Source: an uncultured Acidimicrobiales bacterium | GTDB lineage: Bacteria > Actinomycetota > Acidimicrobiia > Acidimicrobiales > CADCTF01 | Assembly (NCBI GenBank): GCA_902805655.1 | Contig: CADCTF010000104.1 | Location: 38,302-102,301 of the forward strand | Reading direction: 5' to 3' | Length of the DNA: 64,000 nucleotides | Shown: positions 57,458 to 64,000 of the stretch, piece after piece | Layout of the letters: each line of letters starts with the position of its first letter | Numbering within the stretch: the first letter of the stretch is position 1 | Translations under genes and position numbers: made by a program | Notes under the pieces: model-generated | Seen by the model: only the letters and a program-made list of their open reading frames with translations | The model's database searches: none | Told to the model about the DNA's origin: nothing

Positions 57458-58532
57458 GTGGTTCACGAAGTGGGCCCGTCCGTGCAGAACCTCAAGCCGC
57501 GTGACCGGGTGATGGTGCCGTTCAACGTCTTCTGCGGTTCGTGCTTCTTCTGCGCGCGTGGCCTGTACGCCAACTGCCACAACGTGAACGCGAAACCCAC
57601 CGCCGTCGGCGGGATCTACGGCTACTCGCACACCTGCGGCGGCTCTGACGGCGGCCAGTCGGAGTACGTGGCGGGTGCCCTTCGCCGACGTGGGCCCTGC
57701 CCTCATCCCGGAGTGGATGGACGACGAGGACGCGGTGCTGCTCACCGATGCGGTCGCCACCGGGTACTTCGGGGCGCAGCTGGGCGACATCGCCGAGGGC
57801 GACGTGGTCACCGTCTTCGGCGCCGGCCCGGTGGGCGTCTACGCGGCCAAGTCGGCGTGGCTGATGGGCGCCGGCCGGGTGATCGTGATCGACCACCTCG
57901 AGTACCGGCTCGAGAAGACCCGCACCTTCGCCCACGCCGAGACGTACAACTTCACCGAGTACGACGACATCGTCGTCCACATGAAGAAGATCACCGAGCA
58001 CCTGGGTGCCGACGTGGTCATCGACGCGGTGGGAGCGGAGGCCGACGACAGCCTGCTGCAGCACATCACGTCGACCAAGGTCAAGCTGCAGGGCGGCTCA
58101 CCGATCGCCCTCAACTGGGCGATCGACTCGGTGCGCAAGGGAGGCACCGTCTCGGCCATCGGCGCGTACGGGCCGATGTTCAGCGCCGTCAAGTTCGGCG
58201 ACGCGGTGAACAAGGGGCTGATCCGGAAGTACGCGTACAAGCGCTTCAGCGAGGCGCGCGCCGCGCACTGGCTCCTGCTCCTGGCGTCGGACCGGGTGGA
58301 CGCGGTGGAGAGCCACCTTCGCTCCTTCGCCACGCTGCGGCCCGACAACCCGATCGCCCCGACCGGCGTCCTGAGCGAGTTCACCCGCCACGGCATCAGC
58401 TCTCGCCGGGGGCAGAAGCGCGCCGACGTCCGGCATCAGGCGCTCGACCCCGTCATCGTCGCCGGCCCGTGGGTGCTGGCCGGCTGGGCCGTCCGCCGCG
58501 TGGCTCGGCGGTGGACTCGGGTCTTCAGCTAG
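57458..58532 (+). pseudogene. Disrupted Zn-dependent (formaldehyde dehydrogenase-like) alcohol dehydrogenase, apparently fused to the remnant of another gene
   Basis: CGSCFFC...C, GGQSEYV|VPFAD split by one extra G at ~57671; GAGPVG; N-terminal catalytic Cys and GHE absent; sequence changes character after AVNKGL. Confidence 0.75.
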
Positions 58533-58550
58533 ACGCAGCCTCGCTCGGGG

Positions 58551-58976
58551 TCAGCCTTCGTGGATCTCGCCGACGTTCCAGCGATGGCCCCATGGGTCTC
58601 GGAGCCACCCCGAGCGGAGACCGTTGCCCACGGTGATGTCCCGCTCGAGGGTCGCTCCCCGCTGGAGGGCCTTGGCCCAGACCGTGTCGACGTCTTCCAC
58701 GACGACGACGAACGACACCGTCGTGCCGCCCCGGCCCTGTGGTGACAGCACGTCCAGCGCCTCGTACTCGTCGGAGATGTAGAAGCGGGTGTCCCCGAGC
58801 AGCAGCTCGGCGTGGCCGATCCGACCGTCGGTCGGATCGAGCCACGGCTCTCCTTGCACCTGCGCCCCGAACACATCGCCGTAGAACGTGATCGCGTCGG
58901 TCGCGCCACGGGCGCAGAGGTAGGGCGTCATCGTGCGCACGCCGGTCGACGCGGTGGTGGCCGTGGTCTCGGTCAT
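58551..58976 (-). CDS. VOC/glyoxalase (PhnB-like) protein
   Basis: TPYL, AITFYGDVFGA, IGHAEL, DPWGHRW. Confidence 0.9.
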   Translation of the reverse strand: MTETTATTASTGVRTMTPYLCARGATDAITFYGDVFGAQVQGEPWLDPTDGRIGHAELLLGDTRFYISDEYEALDVLSPQGRGGTTVSFVVVVEDVDTVWAKALQRGATLERDITVGNGLRSGWLRDPWGHRWNVGEIHEG

Positions 58977-59090
58977 CGTGTCCCCCTTCTCGGGTCTCGT
59001 GGAGGACGGTACGGCCTCACGTTGCGTCAGGTGCAAGGGACGATCGGCGCGGCCGGGGTAGGGCGCCACCGAACCCACGTGGAGGTCGCC

Positions 59091-59888
59091 GTGCGCTTGC
59101 CCATCCCCGGTCCCTCGGACCTCGTCGACGCTGTCCGGGACGTGGCCAGGGCGGCCAACGCCCTGAGCGCGGCGGCGGGCACCGCGGTGCGACTCGTCCC
59201 CCGCCTCGAAGCCGCCCTCGGCCGGGCCGAGCGACTGCTCGATCGTTCGGAGGTCGCCGTCGGCCGCTTGGAGGCCGTGACCAGCGAGGCCACCGTTCCC
59301 GTGCAGCGTCTGGCTCGTGTGGTCGAGCGGGCGGACGGGAGCGTGGGTCGCATCGAGGAGGTGATGGCCCTGCTGGAGCAGGCGCTGCACCGGGCTGACC
59401 CGCTGCTCGACCGGTCGGGCGCCGTCATCAAGGGCGTCGAGCGGACGACGGTGCGGGTGAGCGCCGCCGTGGCCGGCGCCGAGTCCGTGCTGGCCCAGGG
59501 CAACGACCTCTTGGGCACGGCCGCGGTGGCGGTCGAGCGGGGCCAGGCCGCGGTGGACGGAGTGGTCACGGCGACCGAGCGCGTTCAGGATGTCCTGCCT
59601 CTGATCGAGCGGTTGACCACCGCCATCGGCATCGACGACGTGGACGCGCTGGTGATGCTCCTCCAGCGCCTTCCGAGCCTCGTCGAGACGCTCGACGGTG
59701 ACCTGCAGCCCCTGGTCGGAGAGCTGCGCCAGGTCGAGCCGGAGCTCCGCGCCATGCTCGGCATCGTCGACGAGATGCACGACGTCATCACCGGTGTGCC
59801 CGGGGCCAAGCGGCTGCTGCGCCGGTCGGGCTCCGATGCGGATGAGGCCACCACCGAGGCCGCCACGGAGCTTGCAGAGGGCCGCTAG
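59091..59888 (+). CDS. Hypothetical heptad-repeat coiled-coil protein
   Basis: GGAGG RBS before GTG 59091; regular 7-residue hydrophobic periodicity. Confidence 0.7.
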   Translation: MRLPIPGPSDLVDAVRDVARAANALSAAAGTAVRLVPRLEAALGRAERLLDRSEVAVGRLEAVTSEATVPVQRLARVVERADGSVGRIEEVMALLEQALHRADPLLDRSGAVIKGVERTTVRVSAAVAGAESVLAQGNDLLGTAAVAVERGQAAVDGVVTATERVQDVLPLIERLTTAIGIDDVDALVMLLQRLPSLVETLDGDLQPLVGELRQVEPELRAMLGIVDEMHDVITGVPGAKRLLRRSGSDADEATTEAATELAEGR

Positions 59889-59898
59889 AACGGATCAC

Positions 59899-60783
59899 AT
59901 GAACCTCGACCTCCACGTGTGGCGCTTCGACTGGGCCGGCCCGCCGACCTCCATGGGTGCGGGGGTTGGATCGCTGGCCCAGCGAGCGGAGGCCCTCGGC
60001 GTGAGGACGTTGTCCTTCATGGACCACTTCTTCCAGATGGAGGCGGCCGCGCCCGCCACCGACCCGATGCTCGAGGGCTACACCGCGCTGGGCTTCGTGG
60101 CCGGCCGCACCGAGCGCCTCCGGCTCCGACTGCTCGTCACGGGCGTGACGTACCGGCACCCGGGTCTGCTGGCCAAGACGGTGACCACGCTCGACGTGCT
60201 CTCCGCCGGCCGGGCCGAGCTGGGCATCGGAGCTGCGTGGTACGACCGGGAGCACCGCGGGCTCGGTGTTCCCTTCCCTCCGGTGGCGGAGCGGTTCGAG
60301 CGCCTCGAGGAGACGTTGCAGATCTGCCTCCAGATGTGGAGCGAGGACAACGGGGCCTACGAGGGCAAGCACTACCGCTTGGCCGAGACGCTGTGCAGTC
60401 CTATGCCGGTGAGCCAGCCCCGGCCGCGGGTCCTCATCGGCGGCAGCGGAGAGCGGAAGACGCTGCGCCTGGTCGCGCAGTACGCCGACGCGTGCAACAT
60501 CTTCGGAGGACCGGAGGTGATCGCCCAGAAGCTCGACGTCCTGCGTCGCCACTGTGACGCGATCGGCCGCGATCCCAACGAGATCGAGGTCACGGCGATG
60601 TACCGCGACGTGCCCCCCGGAGCCACCGTGGCCCAGGTGGTGGAGGGGGCGCAGAAGCTGGCGGCGGTCGGCGTGTCGACTCTCGTGACGGCCCCGGTGG
60701 GCGCTGACCCGGGAGGCTGGCTCGAGTCGACGTTCGGCCCGGCCATGGACGAGCTGGCAGGGATAGAACCGGCTCGCCTGTAG
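59899..60783 (+). CDS. LLM-class, probably F420-dependent, oxidoreductase
   Basis: MDHFFQ, LVTGVTYRHPGLLAK, LGIGAAW, IGGSGERKTLRLVAQYAD. Confidence 0.92.
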   Translation: MNLDLHVWRFDWAGPPTSMGAGVGSLAQRAEALGVRTLSFMDHFFQMEAAAPATDPMLEGYTALGFVAGRTERLRLRLLVTGVTYRHPGLLAKTVTTLDVLSAGRAELGIGAAWYDREHRGLGVPFPPVAERFERLEETLQICLQMWSEDNGAYEGKHYRLAETLCSPMPVSQPRPRVLIGGSGERKTLRLVAQYADACNIFGGPEVIAQKLDVLRRHCDAIGRDPNEIEVTAMYRDVPPGATVAQVVEGAQKLAAVGVSTLVTAPVGADPGGWLESTFGPAMDELAGIEPARL

Positions 60784-60813
60784 CGACCGAGCCCTCGGCG
60801 ACATGATGGGGCC

Positions 60814-61302
60814 ATGCCGTCCTGGCCTCCCAGCTGCTACCAGCGGGCCACCGCCATGGTGACCGACCCTCTCCACCGGCTGCTGGTCCTCGACCACGTC
60901 GGCGAGCCGAAGGCCGGCACCCAGGTTCCTGCCGGAGGCATCAAGCCGGGGGAGGACCACGAGGTCGCCGTGCTCCGTGAGCTGGCCGAGGAGTCGGGGG
61001 TCACCACGGCCCGCATCGTCCGCAAGCTCGGTGAGGTGTGGCGCATGGCCCAGCCGGGCAACGTGCCGCCGGGCCTCGAGGAGCAGGTGCATCACACCTT
61101 CCACCTGCACCTGGACGAGGCGCCGCCGGCGGAGGCGTGGGAGTGGGACGAGTGCAGTGACGGCGACGTGCCCCTGCACCGCTTCGCGCTGCGCTGGGTC
61201 GACCTCGACGAGGCTGCATCTGCGCTGTTCCCGATCCAGGCGCTGTGGCTGGCGCCGTTGCGGGACTCGCTCCGGCAGCTGTCCCGGACCCGAAGCGGCT
61301 GA
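60814..61302 (+). CDS. NUDIX hydrolase
   Basis: GGIKPGEDHEVAVLRELAEESG Nudix box. Confidence 0.88.
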   Translation: MPSWPPSCYQRATAMVTDPLHRLLVLDHVGEPKAGTQVPAGGIKPGEDHEVAVLRELAEESGVTTARIVRKLGEVWRMAQPGNVPPGLEEQVHHTFHLHLDEAPPAEAWEWDECSDGDVPLHRFALRWVDLDEAASALFPIQALWLAPLRDSLRQLSRTRSG

Positions 61303-61358
61303 CCTCCGCGCTGTCGGAAATCGGCGCTGCAAGAGGGGCAAGGCCCTACCCTGCACGG

Positions 61359-61958
61359 ATGCGGGGACTGTTGCAACGGCCGGCGATCATCCACCTGATC
61401 GGGTTCCCGGGTACGGGGAAGTACACCATCGCCAAGCACATGGCGGCCCTGCAGGGCGGAGGCGAGCACCGCCTCGTGGTCGTCGACAACCACTACGTCA
61501 GCAACCCGATCCTCGGCGTGATGGACATCGACGGCGTGAAGGCCATCGACCCCGCGGTCTGGGGCTACGTGCGCAAGGTGCGCCTTGCGGTGATGGAGGC
61601 GATCCGGGACCTGTCCCCCTCCACGTGGTCGTTCGCGTTCACCAACGTGCTGCTGGCCGGTGACCCGGAGGACCAGGCGGCTCCGGCGCGGGTGGCCGCC
61701 CTGGCCGACGCACGGGATGCCGCATTCGTGCCGGTGCGCCTGCACTGCAAGGTCGACGAGCTCACCCGCCGTGCGGTGTCACCGCAGCGCAACGAACGAC
61801 TGAAGTGGACCGACGGAGAGGCGGTGCGAGCCATGGCCGAGTCCCGGACGTTGGTGGACGTGGCGCACCCCAACACGCTCGATCTGGACGTCACGGACGT
61901 ACAGCCGGAGGTGGCGGCCCGGCTCGTGCTGGAGCATGCGGCGAAGGTGTCCGCGTGA
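61359..61958 (+). CDS. Small P-loop kinase-like protein
   Basis: HLIGFPGTGKYT Walker A, VDNH, ELTRR lid. Confidence 0.8.
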   Translation: MRGLLQRPAIIHLIGFPGTGKYTIAKHMAALQGGGEHRLVVVDNHYVSNPILGVMDIDGVKAIDPAVWGYVRKVRLAVMEAIRDLSPSTWSFAFTNVLLAGDPEDQAAPARVAALADARDAAFVPVRLHCKVDELTRRAVSPQRNERLKWTDGEAVRAMAESRTLVDVAHPNTLDLDVTDVQPEVAARLVLEHAAKVSA

Positions 61959-61960
61959 CG

Positions 61961-62791
61961 ATGGTTCGGGCTGACGTGAGCCTCGTCGTCACCGATCTCG
62001 ACGGCACCCTCTGGCACACCGACGACGAGGTGCATCCCGACGCGGTGAAGGCGCTGCACGAGGTGCTGCGGGCCGGACCCCCGCTCCTCGTGGCCACCGG
62101 CCGGCGGCTCGGATCCACTCGAGAGCCACTGGAACGCCTCGGCGTGGCCCCGCCCGCCGTCGTCCTGAACGGCGCCCTCGGGCTCGACCTGGCCACGTCG
62201 GTGCGGTTCCATCGGGCGCCGTTCCCCACCTCCGAAGCCGTGGCGGTGCTCGCCGCGTTCCAGGCGGCCGGGCTCGACCCCTGCGTCTACTCCGATGGGC
62301 CGGACCTCGACGGGCGGGCCATCGAGGTGTGGCTCAGCGACACGCCGTCGACCCACCCCGACCACGTCATGAGGCTCGCCTCGTCCGCAGGCGTGGGCGA
62401 CCTGTCGGTGGTCGTGCAGCAGCAGGCCGTGCTCGCGTTCAGCCTGCTCGGGGTGCAGCACGCGCACCTGGTGGCCGCCAAGGACGCCATCGAGGCGATG
62501 TCCGAGGTGCACCTCGACCGTTCCCTCGACTACCCCGGGCTCGGGGCCATGACCGTCGCCCCCCGCAGCCAGTCCAAGTGGGACGGCGTGCTCGCCTTCT
62601 GTCGGGCCGAGGACATCGACCCGACCAAGGTCCTCGTGCTGGCCGACGGGCCGAACGACATCGAGCTGCTCACCAGCGCCGCCCACCGGCTCGTGCCCGA
62701 GAACGCGCATCCGGCGGCGAAGGCCCTGGCCGACCACCTGATCCCGCCTGCGGTCGATGGCGGCTGGGCCGCTGTGCTCGAGCTGCTGTGA
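61961..62791 (+). CDS. HAD-superfamily (Cof/IIB) hydrolase
   Basis: TDLDGTL, ATGR, NGA, SKWDG, ADGPNDIELL. Confidence 0.9.
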   Translation: MVRADVSLVVTDLDGTLWHTDDEVHPDAVKALHEVLRAGPPLLVATGRRLGSTREPLERLGVAPPAVVLNGALGLDLATSVRFHRAPFPTSEAVAVLAAFQAAGLDPCVYSDGPDLDGRAIEVWLSDTPSTHPDHVMRLASSAGVGDLSVVVQQQAVLAFSLLGVQHAHLVAAKDAIEAMSEVHLDRSLDYPGLGAMTVAPRSQSKWDGVLAFCRAEDIDPTKVLVLADGPNDIELLTSAAHRLVPENAHPAAKALADHLIPPAVDGGWAAVLELL

Positions 62792-63168
62792 CGGTCTGCG
62801 GGGCCGGCGCAGCCGCGCTTGCCGTTCTGATGGGCGGCTCCGGCTTCCTTCACCTCGTCCGGCCTGAGCCGTACGCGCGGATCGTGCCTCCTGCGCTCGG
62901 TTCGCCATCGTTCTGGGTCCTCGCCAGCGGCGTGGCCGAGCTCGCGGTGGCCGCGCTGTTGCTCCCGCCCCGCACGCGGCGCCTCGGCGCCACCGCCTGC
63001 ATCGTGCTGCTCGTCGCCGTGTCCCCGGCCAACGTCCATGCCGCCCTCGAGGGTGGGTACCAAGGCTTTCGGCCTCCGTTCGACTCCGCCGCCGCGGCAT
63101 GGCTGCGCCTGCCCCTGCAGCTGGTGCTGATCTGGTGGGCCTGGCGCGTCCGCCGAGCCGCCGAGTGA
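62788..63168 (+). CDS. DoxX-like membrane protein
   Basis: GFLHLVRP, SGVAEL, PANVH, RLPLQ; GTGA overlap with the HAD gene. Confidence 0.82.
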   Translation: MTVCGAGAAALAVLMGGSGFLHLVRPEPYARIVPPALGSPSFWVLASGVAELAVAALLLPPRTRRLGATACIVLLVAVSPANVHAALEGGYQGFRPPFDSAAAAWLRLPLQLVLIWWAWRVRRAAE

Positions 63169-63860
63169 CGGCGACGGGCGTCGAAGCGGCCAGCTCGGCG
63201 TGGGCGAGCCTGTCCGGGCTCCCGGCCCTGCGGGACCTCCACGTCTTCGTCGACGCCGGCTCGCCGCTGGGTCCGGCGGGGTGGATCGCGATCCTGACCA
63301 TCGGCTCTACCGTCACCGCTTCGGTGCCGCGTGCCGACCTCGTCGTCGCCTTGACGGCTGCTCTGACCGGGCTCACTGCGGACGAGGCCACGAACCCCGA
63401 GGCCGTGCTCCCGCGGATGCCCCCTGTCCGCAACATCCTCGGGCCTGCACAGCTGTACTACCCGGGGCCGGGGTTCACCGTGTCGAGCGAGCCGGCGGAC
63501 GAGGCGTCGGAGCACGAGCTGGTGGCGCTGGCGGAAGCCGTGGCCGAGGACGAGCTCGACGAGAGCGGCGTGCACCATGTCGAGAGCCCGGTCTTCGTGA
63601 GCCGGTCGTCGACCGGGACCGTGGCCGCGGCTGCCGGGTACCGCCGGTGGTCCAACGAGGTCGCGCACCTCTCCGTGCTCGCCCATCCCGACCACCGGGG
63701 TCGGGGCCACGGCGGTCGTGCTGCGGGCCTCGCCATACGGGCCGCGCTCGACGAGCGGCTCCTGCCCCAGTGGCGCGCCCGCCCGTTGGCCTCGCAACGG
63801 GCCGCGCTCGCCGTCGGCTTCGTCCGAGCCGGGGCCCAGCTGAGCCTCGAGCCCGACTGA
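63165..63860 (+). CDS. GNAT-family N-acetyltransferase
   Basis: VLAHPDHRGRGHG acetyl-CoA motif; PQWRA; ASQRAALAVGF. Confidence 0.85.
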   Translation: MTATGVEAASSAWASLSGLPALRDLHVFVDAGSPLGPAGWIAILTIGSTVTASVPRADLVVALTAALTGLTADEATNPEAVLPRMPPVRNILGPAQLYYPGPGFTVSSEPADEASEHELVALAEAVAEDELDESGVHHVESPVFVSRSSTGTVAAAAGYRRWSNEVAHLSVLAHPDHRGRGHGGRAAGLAIRAALDERLLPQWRARPLASQRAALAVGFVRAGAQLSLEPD

Positions 63861-63862
63861 GC

Positions 63863-64000
63863 TCAGAGGCCGGCGTGGTCGCCACGCTCGGCCACGAACA
63901 CCCACTCGAGCCCGGGACGGTCCGGCGCGTCGCGCACGTCACGCACGGCGAAGCCCGCCGCGGCGAGGGAGTCGGCGATCTCCGCCTGCGACCGGAACCT
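63863..64000 (-). CDS. 3' end of a probable class I SAM-dependent methyltransferase (partial)
   Basis: RFRSQAEIADSLAAAGFAVRDVRDAPDRPGLEWVFVAER*. Confidence 0.6.
   Translation of the reverse strand, partial: RFRSQAEIADSLAAAGFAVRDVRDAPDRPGLEWVFVAERGDHAGL

Overview
High-GC bacterial DNA, most likely an actinobacterium of class Acidimicrobiia (inferred from GYWLVAxDGGxFxFGDA repeat proteins, an F420-type LLM oxidoreductase, MMPL and expanded family-5 solute-binding lipoproteins). About 62 densely packed CDSs: housekeeping genes (rpiB, msrA, guaB, icd, prfC, hisE-hisG, ABC-F) mixed with transporters and hydrolases. I saw no rRNA, tRNA, CRISPR array, integrase or transposase. Two loci stand out. 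(1) 3248-9577: a His-rich RcnA/NiCoT-like membrane protein divergent from a lipoprotein-DUF4331-TPR-repeat-protein operon. The two arms share back-to-back CATCC-N16-CGTA (SigK-like ECF) promoter motifs, three exported products have His within the first three predicted mature residues, and two close SBP paralogs bracket the block. (2) 37237-47199: a peptide-type ABC importer, a GntR/UTRA regulator, two cysteine amidohydrolases and an MFS, with three gapless copies of a 61-bp GlnR-like promoter motif, suggesting a nitrogen-scavenging pathway for an unknown substrate. Two deletion-type pseudogenes lie at 48399 and 57458. All product calls come from motif recognition by eye; no database was searched.
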